Positions 1 to 9,489 are shown, numbered from the stretch's first letter. The stretch is 38,424 nt of DNA from Candidatus Bipolaricaulota bacterium (GCA_021735185.1 JAIPHN010000003.1:1-38424), one strand, 5' to 3'. Numbers and translations are program-made. The notes: a model not told the origin generated them from the letters alone.

Positions 1-1907
1 ATCCCGACGGGGGTCATATCGGGATATTCCCTGGAAACAATCATAACTCCGTTTGCCTGCGGCAAGACCGCAGCGATACACTCGAAGCAACCACAGGAGG
101 TCATCGGATCTTTGATCATCGAGTAAGCGCTGAACTTTTCCAGGTTTCCATCGGTCTCTTTTGCGAGGTATTTGTTTACTCCTTTCCACTGGCCGTATTT
201 TTCGTCCAGAGTTTCTCCTTTTTCTACCGGTTGGTTTGGTCCCTGGGGGTCCATCTCGTGTCCGGCCTTGCAATCAAGCCAGGTGTAAGCGCCACAAAGT
301 CCCAGCCTTTCCGGTGTCACTATGCATACGTGGTCGGGGGCGTAAGTCTGACACAGGGTGCAGGAATAGTAAGTGTCGACGTCAGAATCCTTCATTCCGA
401 GAATCCTCTCGTCTCTCTGGTGATAGATCTTTTTTGCTCTTTCCAGCGGCTCCTCGATTTTCTCTTCATCGGTAATTAACGTGACCTGGACCTTGTTTAT
501 TACGGAAGAAAAATCCTCTTTTATCTTCGAAATGAGGATCTCCCCAAAGTCCTTCAGCCTGAAGCCCTTTTCGTAACTCTCTTTGCTTATTCTTATCCAG
601 GGAATAGCGCGCTGCCCCATGTGAAATATCCCGCTCGCCCAGCTTATAAATTCGTGAAACCTGCGCTCGACGATGGTTTCGAAGTCCTCTTTAAATTCTC
701 GTCCGGCCACCTCTACTAAAATACCGAGCGGTAAAGCTCCGCCTTCTTCCACGTTCTCTTCAAGATTCGGTCCTATAAGGTCTATTTTCTCGTCCTCGAT
801 CTCCTCCATCGGTCGATTGCGCAGTAATTCGAAGGCCGTACTCGATTTCCCCCCAAATTCGACGAACATGTCTTCTTTTCTTACCGATTCACCCTCAAAT
901 CCGGCCCCGAAGGGAACCGGTATGTCGACATCCGAGACCTCGATTTCCAGATCTCTGACCTCAACGGCTTTGCTTACCAGGCTGTCTTCGGCGACGGACG
1001 AAACAACGTGTTCGTACTTGCATATGCCACTGGGCAGGATCTCCGGCAGATCGACGTCCGATATTGTCGGAAAGCCAAAATTAAGCGCACCCGCTGCAGC
1101 GGCATATTTTTTGTCCGTGATGACCTGTTCTTCGTCCGTATCTTCGTCTTCTCCAAGAGCGAGGACAAAGGCGTGGACGGTTTCCTTGTTATAGAGAAGT
1201 ATTTCTTTCGCTTCCTCCAGCCCTCCGGGTTCTTTACCCCCGAAGGTCAACGCTGCCCGACAGGCGAAGTTAAGTGCGTGAACTACTGCGGAGGTAGATT
1301 TCCCGTAAGGAACCAGAAAAGTATCCCAGCCCATTTCCACTCCTTCTTCGGCCAGCTGCTCCGCCATACTCTCACCATTGGTCGAAGAAGCCAGGAAGAC
1401 GAGAATATTTTTCGATTGAAGCTCCCGGGCAAGCTCCACGGCTACTTCGCTGGAGGGAGCAGCTCCAACGATCGCGGCAAAGCCGGGCATTCTACCGTCG
1501 ACCAGTTTTATCCCCTGTGTTCGGAGAGTCGAGTCGTCCGTAAAACCGAGCCAGGGGCTTTTCGGTTCTTTCCCCCGAACTTTCTTCAGGGCTTCAATGC
1601 TCTCCTGGGCAAGCAGCGTAGAGATGCCGGCATCCAGAGCCTTGCCGAGATAGGGGGTCCACATTTCGCCATCAGGAATGTCGGGGAGCAATTCCTCTGC
1701 CCTGTCCAGGGGGCTCTTCAGGTCTTCGATTGTTTCGACTTGCTCACCGGTTAGAGATAGAATGAGAGGTAAATAATATCCCGTATTGGGAAAACCAACC
1801 TCTTCATCCGGCCCAAAATCTTTTCTGGAACTTTCCCACATTTCTTTGGCTTGATAAACGTACTTTTGCGCCCCTCGAATTGCAGCTGATGCGACAACTT
1901 TTGACAT
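1..1907 (-). CDS. acsB: Acetyl-CoA synthase catalytic subunit (CODH/ACS complex, bacterial AcsB), 3' end runs off the window
   Basis: Hand translation from ATG at 1905-1907 (SD AGGAGGT upstream): MSKVVASAAIRGA...GFPNTGYYLP...LVDGRMPGFAAIVG...HMGQR...YSCTLCQTYAPDHVCIVTPERLGLCGAYTWLDCKA...DPMTSCGCFEC. These are A-cluster motifs. The frame is open to the window edge and is absent from the ORF track because it has no stop. Confidence 0.97.
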   Translation of the reverse strand, partial: MSKVVASAAIRGAQKYVYQAKEMWESSRKDFGPDEEVGFPNTGYYLPLILSLTGEQVETIEDLKSPLDRAEELLPDIPDGEMWTPYLGKALDAGISTLLAQESIEALKKVRGKEPKSPWLGFTDDSTLRTQGIKLVDGRMPGFAAIVGAAPSSEVAVELARELQSKNILVFLASSTNGESMAEQLAEEGVEMGWDTFLVPYGKSTSAVVHALNFACRAALTFGGKEPGGLEEAKEILLYNKETVHAFVLALGEDEDTDEEQVITDKKYAAAAGALNFGFPTISDVDLPEILPSGICKYEHVVSSVAEDSLVSKAVEVRDLEIEVSDVDIPVPFGAGFEGESVRKEDMFVEFGGKSSTAFELLRNRPMEEIEDEKIDLIGPNLEENVEEGGALPLGILVEVAGREFKEDFETIVERRFHEFISWASGIFHMGQRAIPWIRISKESYEKGFRLKDFGEILISKIKEDFSSVINKVQVTLITDEEKIEEPLERAKKIYHQRDERILGMKDSDVDTYYSCTLCQTYAPDHVCIVTPERLGLCGAYTWLDCKAGHEMDPQGPNQPVEKGETLDEKYGQWKGVNKYLAKETDGNLEKFSAYSMIKDPMTSCGCFECIAAVLPQANGVMIVSREYPDMTPVG

Positions 1908-1945
1908 CGCCACCTCCTAACTTCCAGGAATTATTTGAATCTGGT

Positions 1946-2692
1946 TTAACCTAATCTTCTCCTGAGTCCGTCCCAGATACCGGCGACGGATTCGCTTACA
2001 TTATCATGAGATAAAGGTACTCTTTCTCCGAGCCGACTTCTTTTCCTTACCTCTATACTGTGAGGGATGAAGCCGAGCGGTTCTTCGTCCAGGGCACCGA
2101 GCAAGAACTCTCTTTCCTCTTTCCCTCTGACTTTGTTACAAACAGGTAGGACCGTGTCGATACCGATATCCCGCGCCAATTTCTGAATACGTGACTTGGT
2201 CTTGATACTTCTCATATCCGCTTCGACTACTACTAACAGAGCATCTAACCCTTTGCCGGTACCCCGCCCCAGGTGTTCTATACCTGCTTCCATGTCAGCG
2301 ATTACTACTTCGTCGCGCTCCAGAATTAAATGGGCGAGTAACTCTCGCAGGAAAGCATTTTCGGGACAGGTACAACCGGATCCGCCTGCCCAGACTGACC
2401 CGAAAACCATCAGCTTTACCCTGTTGGACTCTTCGTAAAACTTGTTTGGAATATCGCTGACTGAGGGATTTAACTTGACCATCCCACCCCCGCCCGCTCT
2501 TTCCGTGATTAAATCTTCCATTTCAACTAAGGGAACTACGTCTCCTTCTACCCCGAGACAGGAACTCAAGTTCATGTCTGGATCGGCGTCTATAGCGGTC
2601 ACTTGATAGCCGTTTGATGCTCCATAAATGCTCAACAGGGCGGAGACGGTGGATTTACCTACCCCGCCTTTCCCCCCGATAGCTATTTTCAT
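1946..2692 (-). CDS. cooC: CooC/AcsF-family nickel-insertion ATPase for CODH/ACS
   Basis: GKGGVGKS Walker A, IDADPDMNL, GSGCTCPEN CxC metal motif, DMEAGIEHLGRG; directly upstream of acsB. Confidence 0.93.
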   Translation of the reverse strand: MKIAIGGKGGVGKSTVSALLSIYGASNGYQVTAIDADPDMNLSSCLGVEGDVVPLVEMEDLITERAGGGGMVKLNPSVSDIPNKFYEESNRVKLMVFGSVWAGGSGCTCPENAFLRELLAHLILERDEVVIADMEAGIEHLGRGTGKGLDALLVVVEADMRSIKTKSRIQKLARDIGIDTVLPVCNKVRGKEEREFLLGALDEEPLGFIPHSIEVRKRSRLGERVPLSHDNVSESVAGIWDGLRRRLG

Positions 2693-2695
2693 CTT

Positions 2696-3298
2696 TCACT
2701 TACCCTCGGCTTTTGCCAGAATTTTATTGCAAAGCTTTTTCCCCAGCATGGACAGTCCTTCCGTCGGGAGGCAATCGGGTGCGCTCGATTCAAACAACAC
2801 GTTGATCCTGTCCTGGAACTCCTCTCCTCCGTCCCAGAAGACTAATGCCATGTCAAACTTGGGCATGACCTGAAATGAAAAACCCGAATCGCCGAGAGTT
2901 ATAGGGGTACCACCCAGTTGCTCGGCGACCTCCTCGAACCTCTCTATGTCTCTCTGAAATTCCCGGGTTAACTTTGTTTCCGTGTTGCTCTTAAAGTTGG
3001 TCGAATAAAAATTTCCATTCGGAATCTCTCGGAACGCTATCCAGTCCCCCGACTTATCAGCTGGAGAAGCCCCCAAAATGTAGTCCAGGATTATGACTTC
3101 AAGTTCTTCCGGAGGTTTTCCTTCGGGTGACCGGATCTCGCAGTCCGTAAGGCTCACCGTATAGTTATCACCCAGCACCGACAGATGCAGCTCGTCGTCC
3201 TCCAGGTGTGAGCCGCTGCGAGCCGCTAGCACCTCGGGGTCAGCGGATAGCAACGCGTGCCTGATCTCGTTTTTTCTTTTAATTAGAGAGGACCCCAA
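2696..3298 (-). CDS. DUF3786-like protein (often found in Wood-Ljungdahl/corrinoid clusters)
   Basis: Motifs WIAFREIPNG, LVFWDGGEEF and INVLFE...LPTE recalled as typical of this family; TTG start after GGAGG; co-oriented with cooC and acsB. Confidence 0.7.
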   Translation of the reverse strand: MGSSLIKRKNEIRHALLSADPEVLAARSGSHLEDDELHLSVLGDNYTVSLTDCEIRSPEGKPPEELEVIILDYILGASPADKSGDWIAFREIPNGNFYSTNFKSNTETKLTREFQRDIERFEEVAEQLGGTPITLGDSGFSFQVMPKFDMALVFWDGGEEFQDRINVLFESSAPDCLPTEGLSMLGKKLCNKILAKAEGK

Positions 3299-3467
3299 TT
3301 TCCCATGACCTCCGGTGAAATAATTTTAAGTTAAAAATCATTACCAAAAAAATATATTTCTATTTTAAATTATACCGATGAAAACAAGGTTATAGTGTTC
3401 ATAATCATCACAATTGTTATAACACTACTGTTTGACGATATCAAGTATTTCGTTTGTGAACTGGAAA

Positions 3468-3485
3468 AAGTGAAGATCATCACAA
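3468..3485. promoter_or_regulatory. Rex/CRP-like operator AAGTGAA-GATC-ATCACAA upstream of the acs operon
   Basis: 11 of 14 defined positions match the Rex consensus TTGTGAA-N4-TTCACAA; similar to the perfect palindrome at 9210-9229. Confidence 0.45.
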
Positions 3486-3623
3486 TCACTATTGTACTAT
3501 TTAAACTAACTTACATGGAAGAAGAACAGTTAACCCCGATCGGGGCCACTTTGCTAAGAGAAAAGAAGAAGCTGGGAATTGTAAATATAGGACTATAAAA
3601 ACTCTTTAACTGTCGATGAACTG

Positions 3624-3854
3624 CTAGCTTAGATGTTTATAGATGGCGGAGTAAAGACACCCGGATATACACTCCCCACAACCCACACACATGCGGGGCG
3701 ATTTGAGCATGGGGGGTTCTCCTTGTTCTTCCTGGATCAGAATATTTTTAGGACATTCCTTAACTGCCTGGCAACCATCGATCGCGCTTGATTGATAGCA
3801 ATTATCAACCTGGCATTTATCGTAATCAACGACAACGTATTTTGACTGGTCCAC
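3624..3854 (-). CDS. Small 4Fe-4S ferredoxin-like protein
   Basis: C-terminal CVGCGECISGC motif plus N-terminal C..C...C.AVKECP; GTG start with GGGAGGT SD. Confidence 0.8.
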   Translation of the reverse strand: MDQSKYVVVDYDKCQVDNCYQSSAIDGCQAVKECPKNILIQEEQGEPPMLKSPRMCVGCGECISGCLYSAIYKHLS

Positions 3855-3959
3855 GAATTACCTCCCTAAAACTTTACCTCGTTGCTTTACTGAAGACAAG
3901 AAATTTGAGACAGGTCTGCTGATCGTTTATTCTGAGATTATCCAGGGGAGGAGATAATA

Positions 3960-4187
3960 ATGAATTCAAACGGCGAGGAAGGTCCAGAAAAACTACGGGC
4001 TCTGTTAAAACACGGGGTAGAACACAACCAGGATCATCAGGAAGAGGTGAGGAAGTGGGCAGGTCAAGCCGGAGAACTGGGCGAAACGGAAGCGCAGAAG
4101 CTTTTGCTGGAGGCCGCAGAAATTTTGAATAAAGCCAATTCTACCATGTTCCGGGCCTTAGATGAACTGGAAAAAGGGGAGGATTAA
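3960..4187 (+). CDS. Small helical His-motif protein, putative Ni-handling accessory
   Basis: KLRALLKHGVEHNQDHQEE (HxxxHNxxH spacing on one helix face); strong SD; immediately upstream of cooT. Confidence 0.6.
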   Translation: MNSNGEEGPEKLRALLKHGVEHNQDHQEEVRKWAGQAGELGETEAQKLLLEAAEILNKANSTMFRALDELEKGED

Positions 4188-4188
4188 C

Positions 4189-4386
4189 ATGTGTCTATCT
4201 AAAGCGTACGCAGACAACGAAAAAACGGATGAGGCGTTGCTCGAAGATATAGCTTCAGTAGAGGTGAGAGACGGGAAGCTCCTATTTACGACGATCCTGG
4301 GTGCGACGGAGGAAATTCAGGGTTCAATTAAGAAAATAGACTTCTCGAAGAACGAAATATATCTGAAAAAGGACGAAGGGGAATAA
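4189..4386 (+). CDS. cooT: CooT-family nickel-binding chaperone
   Basis: Start re-assigned to MCLSKAY (SD GGGGAGG); N-terminal Met-Cys, 65 aa, beta-rich pattern ...G.IKKIDF; lies between acs and hydrogenase genes. Confidence 0.85.
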   Translation: MCLSKAYADNEKTDEALLEDIASVEVRDGKLLFTTILGATEEIQGSIKKIDFSKNEIYLKKDEGE

Positions 4387-4399
4387 AAACCGGAATAAT

Positions 4400-4885
4400 T
4401 CAGGAGGACGGAGTATTTCCGCCCTCCTCTTCTATAAGTGAAACGACTTTGTCTCGCAATTTTCCCAGGAGTTCTGGCAACTTTTCCTGCAGTGCGGGAG
4501 AGAGCTCGTCTCTAATAGGCATGTCTTTGGGGATTACTCCCATAATAAAGATCCTGTCGGGACGTTCTCCCATGGCTTCCGAGAGTTCTATTGCCTCAAG
4601 TAAGTTCGCGTCGTGGGTACTTCGTACCTCTATGTCACTGTCGACTTCATCCGGGTGAAAAAATACGGATTCACCGGGCTCTCCCTCGCTTCTAATGGCA
4701 TCGACTATTACCGCTGTCTCCAGATCCTTTAAATAATGGAGAATATTCATCCCCGACGTCCCGACTTCGTGAAATTCGACCCCGCCGGGGATATCCTTAT
4801 CCTGAAGGCGGTTCACCAGCACAATACCGATCCCATCGTCGCCTTTTAAAGTATTGCCGATTCCAAGTACGCCTAGTTTTGCCAC
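4400..4885 (-). CDS. [NiFe]-hydrogenase maturation endopeptidase
   Basis: VLGIGNTLKGDDGIG, IVDA and STHD motifs; follows the large subunit. Confidence 0.93.
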   Translation of the reverse strand: MAKLGVLGIGNTLKGDDGIGIVLVNRLQDKDIPGGVEFHEVGTSGMNILHYLKDLETAVIVDAIRSEGEPGESVFFHPDEVDSDIEVRSTHDANLLEAIELSEAMGERPDRIFIMGVIPKDMPIRDELSPALQEKLPELLGKLRDKVVSLIEEEGGNTPSS

Positions 4886-4905
4886 TTTCCCCCTCTCGGT
4901 CTTTT

Positions 4906-6225
4906 CTATTCTACGAAATCCACGTCAAGATGATGGGTGGAGCAGGAAATACAGGGATCGTAAGCGCGGACCAGCATCTCCAGGCTCAACTCTATCTCGT
5001 CTTCCCCTTTGTCGTTTTCTATTAGTTCTGGTGCAAGCTTCTCCATGTCTTGCTGGATATTTGCGTGATTCTGGTTTGTCGGGATAACGCAGTTGCCCGA
5101 CGTACAAATCCCCTCTTCGTTATAGGTATAATCGTGGAACAGTATCCCTCTGGGTACTTCTACTGCCCCTATACCTCTGCCCTTCTGGACATCAACTTGT
5201 GGCTCGTAGTATTCATTCTGAGGCTCGAGACCGTTGTCAAGCAGGGTATCTATGATGTTGATTGCATCCCGAACGTTGTGAACTACTTCCACCAATTGAG
5301 CGATGTTGTTCATGTACGGGTTGTGATTAACGGGCTTGAGATTGAATCTTTCCGCGACACCCTTTGCCATTGGCGATAGCTGGTCGTAATTGTTATTAAG
5401 CCTCGCCAGTGCTCCTACCATGTAGGAACTCCTGTTATTGCGCGCGAACTTGGCTGTAGATTGCTCTACAACGTATTCGTTTGTTATGTCTTCGTATTCT
5501 GTGATGGGCGAAACCCCGGTATCTGTAGAGCGTACCTGACCTTCGTAGAAGGCGTATTCTTCCTCATTTGTAAGAGAGATGAATTCCGTCTCGCGCGAGA
5601 AACCAGGAAATTTGTCCGCCTTTTCTTCACAGAGGTCGGCAACTGCCATTAAGTCGTTGAACGAATTCTTCAGCTTGTCCTGGAGTTGAAGGAGTTCATC
5701 TTCCGACGGGATCTTCGAAAATCCACCCGGAATTAACCTTTGCGGGTGCGTGGTTCGCCCGCAAACCATGTCCGACATTTCGTTTGACAGCCTGTGAAGC
5801 CTTATTACTGTTTTCAGTTCATCCGGGTGGGAGGATGCTAATGGTATTACCGACCCTTCACCCATCAAGTCGGGTAAGGCTAAGTAGCCAACGTGCAGGA
5901 CGTGACTCTGCATATTTTCAGCGTGGAGGGCCAGTTTCCTGAGCAATTTGTCCTGTTCGGAAATTTCTACCCCTAGAGCTGCCTCAGTAGCCTTAAGCGA
6001 GGCCAGGGTATGTCCGATGGAGCAAATTCCACATATCCTTGAAGTGATGTGATGTAGTTCCTTCCAGCTTTGATCCACGACCATGGACTCGAAGTATCGC
6101 GGCGTTTCTATAACCTGCCACTCGCATTTTTCGATCTGCCCATCGTTCGCATTTACCTTGATGTTTCCGTGTCCTTCCACCCTGGTGAGATATTCGACAT
6201 CGACATCTATTTTTTCGTCACTCAT
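4906..6225 (-). CDS. hydA: Group 3b [NiFe]-hydrogenase large (alpha) subunit
   Basis: TRVEGHG, L1 SRICGICSIGH, EVPRG, L2 RAYDPCISCSTH followed by an 8-aa cleavable tail; start at MSDEK after AGGAGG. Confidence 0.95.
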   Translation of the reverse strand: MSDEKIDVDVEYLTRVEGHGNIKVNANDGQIEKCEWQVIETPRYFESMVVDQSWKELHHITSRICGICSIGHTLASLKATEAALGVEISEQDKLLRKLALHAENMQSHVLHVGYLALPDLMGEGSVIPLASSHPDELKTVIRLHRLSNEMSDMVCGRTTHPQRLIPGGFSKIPSEDELLQLQDKLKNSFNDLMAVADLCEEKADKFPGFSRETEFISLTNEEEYAFYEGQVRSTDTGVSPITEYEDITNEYVVEQSTAKFARNNRSSYMVGALARLNNNYDQLSPMAKGVAERFNLKPVNHNPYMNNIAQLVEVVHNVRDAINIIDTLLDNGLEPQNEYYEPQVDVQKGRGIGAVEVPRGILFHDYTYNEEGICTSGNCVIPTNQNHANIQQDMEKLAPELIENDKGEDEIELSLEMLVRAYDPCISCSTHHLDVDFVE

Positions 6226-7042
6226 TATTGCGCTCCTCCTGTTGCCAGCCAAAGTAAAGGTTAAATTTATTAAGAACTTCTTCGACGGTCAATCCGTATT
6301 TGTCCAGTACTTTCTTATGGGCGTTCTCGTTCGGACTATCCACCAATCCGCGGCATCCCCAGCAGGTCGTGCCTTCGTTGACACATTTTGAGTCACAACC
6401 GGCACGAGTGACCGGGCCCAGGCAGAAAGGACCCTGTTCCGCTTGTGCCGCTCCGGGGGTTTGAACCTCCCTTTCGCTGGAGGATATCTGTGTTGAACCT
6501 CCGTTCCGGGCAAATACACATACGTTCTCGTTCATCTTGCACTCGACGCAGACGGGATAAGTCGGTATGTTTGGTTCTTTTCCCTGAACCAGGGACTCAA
6601 CTACATGAACGAATTCGTCCTGGTCTATTGGGCACCCATAAATGTAATGGTCCACCTCTACTACTGCGTCCACGGGCTTGGCTTTATCCCATGCTTCAAC
6701 TTTATCCGCATCGTCTCCGTAAACTCTCTCTTCTACGAGTTCTGGGTTCTGGGAATTTCTAATCGAATTTATTCCACCGATGGCGGCACATGAACCCAGG
6801 GCAACTACTATTCCGGCGTTGGTTCTTATTTCTCTAAGCCTTTCCGCGTCGTGATCCGAAGCAATTGAGCCTTCAATAAATGCTATATCGTAATCGTCCG
6901 ATTTTTGAGAAATTACCTCGCGGAAGTTTACGACTTCAACTAGCTCAAGCAGATCAAGAATTTTCTCTTCCAGATTTGCTACCTGTAGCTGATCTCCCTC
7001 GCAGCCGGCAAAGTCAAAGAAAGCAACTTTTGGTTTGCTCAT
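6218..7042 (-). CDS. hydD: Group 3b hydrogenase small (delta) subunit
   Basis: FAGCEGD, ALGSCA, YGCP, VCVECK...CLGPVTRAGC...CWGCRG Fe-S motifs; overlaps the hydA start. Confidence 0.93.
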   Translation of the reverse strand: MSKPKVAFFDFAGCEGDQLQVANLEEKILDLLELVEVVNFREVISQKSDDYDIAFIEGSIASDHDAERLREIRTNAGIVVALGSCAAIGGINSIRNSQNPELVEERVYGDDADKVEAWDKAKPVDAVVEVDHYIYGCPIDQDEFVHVVESLVQGKEPNIPTYPVCVECKMNENVCVFARNGGSTQISSSEREVQTPGAAQAEQGPFCLGPVTRAGCDSKCVNEGTTCWGCRGLVDSPNENAHKKVLDKYGLTVEEVLNKFNLYFGWQQEERNNE

Positions 7043-7890
7043 TATACGGCCTCCTCAAAACCTTTGACTCTTTCATAATTAAAGACGGGGCCGTCCTGGC
7101 AGGCGTAAAGTACTTCTTCGGCACCATTTATCTGGCAGTGTCCGCATTTACCGAGACCGCACTTCATTCTCCTTTCCAGAGATAGGTAGATATGTTCGTG
7201 CGGCAATTCCTTTTTATCCAGTTCTTCCAGGACGAATTGGTACATGACCGGCGGCCCACAAACTACGGCGTATGTATTATCCAGGTCTATATCTACACCG
7301 GGAATTAGTTCCGTGATAACTCCAATATTTCCTCCCCAGCAGACGTTATCCGGGCAGAAATCCACTGTAGCTTCATGATAGATATCCTGTCGCCTGGCCC
7401 AGTGGTTTACCTCGTCATCGAACATCTGTTCGCAGGGTCTCTTGCAGCCGTAAAGTATATTTATATCGTTATACTCGTCTCTTTTGTCCAGAACGTAATT
7501 TATCAAGGATCTCAGCGGAGCTATACCAAGTCCGCCGGCGATAAATAGCAGGTCCTGCCCCTGAAGTTCTTCCGTGGGAAATCCTTCTCCGTAGGGACCT
7601 CTTATACCAACAGTGCTGCCAATTGACTTCTCGTGCAGGGCATTGGTTACGTTTCCCACTGCTCTAACACATAGTTCGAACGAAGGCAGGCCCCTTGTGG
7701 GTGACGAAGTAACGGAGATTGGTGCTTCTCCTACTCCCGGGATCGATAATTCGACAAATTGACCGGGTTCCTGGTTTAACCTCTCTCCGTTTTCCAGTTC
7801 CAGCTCGAATAGCTTCGTATCGTCGGTTAGTTTTCTTTTTCCAATGATCCTTGCTTCCTGAGGATTGTAGAGTGAATCTTCCGCGTTCAT
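7042..7890 (-). CDS. hydG: Group 3b hydrogenase gamma subunit (FAD/NAD(P)-binding, 2Fe-2S)
   Basis: PGQFV...GEAPIS, RGPYG, IAGGLGIAPLRS, VCGPPVM, ERRMKCGLGKCGHC...CQDGP. Confidence 0.93.
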   Translation of the reverse strand: MNAEDSLYNPQEARIIGKRKLTDDTKLFELELENGERLNQEPGQFVELSIPGVGEAPISVTSSPTRGLPSFELCVRAVGNVTNALHEKSIGSTVGIRGPYGEGFPTEELQGQDLLFIAGGLGIAPLRSLINYVLDKRDEYNDINILYGCKRPCEQMFDDEVNHWARRQDIYHEATVDFCPDNVCWGGNIGVITELIPGVDIDLDNTYAVVCGPPVMYQFVLEELDKKELPHEHIYLSLERRMKCGLGKCGHCQINGAEEVLYACQDGPVFNYERVKGFEEAV

Positions 7891-8921
7891 GAGGTTCCCT
7901 CCTTCATTTGATTAAATACTTCGACTGGATCGGCTATATCGGGTAGACACTGTTCAGAACACCTGCCACAGCCGACACAGGCTATATCTCCGAATCTATT
8001 GTACATGTATCTTCCCTTCCTCATGTACCGATGGCGGTAACGAGCCGCTTTTTCTTCTCGGAAATTTTCGTCTCCTGCTACTTCGGCGAAAGCTTCCAGC
8101 ATACAGCCGTCCCAGGTTCGTAACCTTTCCCCTTCGGAAAGTGAAATATCGTTTACATCCTGGACGTCGAAGCAATAGCAGGTCGGGCAGACTAGATTAC
8201 AAGTTCCACAGCTGAGACAGTCTTCCGCGTTCTCTTCCCAGAATTCGTCGTTCTCGTAATAATTCTTCAATAAGGACGGTAACTCGAAGGGGTCGAACTT
8301 CGTGTCTTTTTTGAATTTTTTCGGTAGTTCCTCTTTGAACTGTTTTACTTTTCGAATTTCATCCGTGGTGATATCATCTACGGCTTGCCCGGCTTTTTCC
8401 AGTAAGTTACTTCCCTTGGAAGAGCCAACTTCTATTGCGTATCGATCCCCGATATCGGTAAGCATTATGTCGTAGCCGGTATCGGTGGTCGCAGTCCCCA
8501 TTGTGTGGGCAAAGGACCGGTCGGAAACGTTGGCCATGTTGACGCCGACTAATACCGACTGTCTTCTCTTTTCCAGGTAGTATGGGTCTTCATGTGTATC
8601 TTCAAAGACCTTGTCCATCTGCTCGATTGCGACGAGGTCATAAGGATGAATCCCCATAATTATTCTCGGGACAACTTGATTAACCGGAGTGGTCTCACCT
8701 TCATTCAAGTTGTACTCTACCAGCGTTTCCCGCTGGGGCATGAAGTATTTCTTCGGGGGGAGTATGGTTACGTCGTAGTCTAGCCGTAAGTCTTCGGCGG
8801 ATTTTAAGGGGTCAAAAGCAAATTCATTGCTTTTGGTCTGCACCCCCACCACTTCTCTGTCATCATTTTCGATCAGGTCATCTACAAATTCACTAAAATC
8901 GTTCTTGTTGATTGCTTTCAT
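7887..8921 (-). CDS. hydB: Group 3b hydrogenase beta subunit (4Fe-4S, AsrA-like)
   Basis: CLSCGTCNLVCPTCYCF and CVGCGRCSEQC; start re-assigned to MKAIN (SD GGGAGG). Confidence 0.92.
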   Translation of the reverse strand: MKAINKNDFSEFVDDLIENDDREVVGVQTKSNEFAFDPLKSAEDLRLDYDVTILPPKKYFMPQRETLVEYNLNEGETTPVNQVVPRIIMGIHPYDLVAIEQMDKVFEDTHEDPYYLEKRRQSVLVGVNMANVSDRSFAHTMGTATTDTGYDIMLTDIGDRYAIEVGSSKGSNLLEKAGQAVDDITTDEIRKVKQFKEELPKKFKKDTKFDPFELPSLLKNYYENDEFWEENAEDCLSCGTCNLVCPTCYCFDVQDVNDISLSEGERLRTWDGCMLEAFAEVAGDENFREEKAARYRHRYMRKGRYMYNRFGDIACVGCGRCSEQCLPDIADPVEVFNQMKEGTS

Positions 8922-9209
8922 TATGCCTCCCAGTTGTTCTGTGGTTTCGCGATCCGAATTCGACGGTCTGTCCAGTTCCCGCACAAAATGTACAAAGTAA
9001 GCTTAAAATTAGTGACCTATTTGGACTTCTTTTGACTGGTAAACTGGAGGGGTAAAGACGGCCGGAGTTACTGAGGAAGTTTTTAAAATCCCCTGTTGTA
9101 GGGCTTGACTCGTAAGATAAGCTGTTTAGCGATTGAGAATTCATTGCCATAGGTCTGCAACTCCGTTTTGAAAAAATACCCGCTCTGCCAGCTAAACCCC
9201 TCGGTCCGT

Positions 9210-9229
9210 AAAGTGAAGGTGTTCACTTT
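9210..9229. promoter_or_regulatory. Perfect palindrome AAAGTGAA-GGTG-TTCACTTT upstream of the hydrogenase operon (Rex/CRP-like spacing)
   Basis: 8-bp arms with a 4-bp spacer; core GTGAA-N4-TTCAC. Confidence 0.55.
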
Positions 9230-9489
9230 CGCTATGAAATTAAGATATAGGGGATAAATTTTCAAGTATAATCAGGGGAATTTCCTGGTATAATACAACT
9301 AATATATCTTTAATCAAATATTTGAATATTTATAACAGAAATTGTTTAAAAGTCTCTCTGAACCTGTAAGAATACGAGTGTATGGCGAGAAAATATAATC
9401 TTTCTAATCAAGTCTAAAATCTACCAAAATTTGCCGAGAGTGCCCCAGGGCACCCCCTGGGGGTGAATCGGCTATTTTGAGTCCAGCAA

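Noticed and set aside
161-1754. Plus-strand ORFs 161-475, 231-479, 673-1194 and 1008-1754
   Set aside because: Antisense shadows of acsB, which occupies the minus strand with clear catalytic motifs.
3395-3598. ORFs 3395-3598, 8893-9150, 9083-9265 and 11835-12092 in AT-rich promoter regions
   Set aside because: No SD or motifs; composition reflects AT-rich regulatory DNA.
4906-8921. Selenocysteine or recoding in the hydrogenase
   Set aside because: L1/L2 ligands are all Cys, frames are intact and there is no in-frame TGA.
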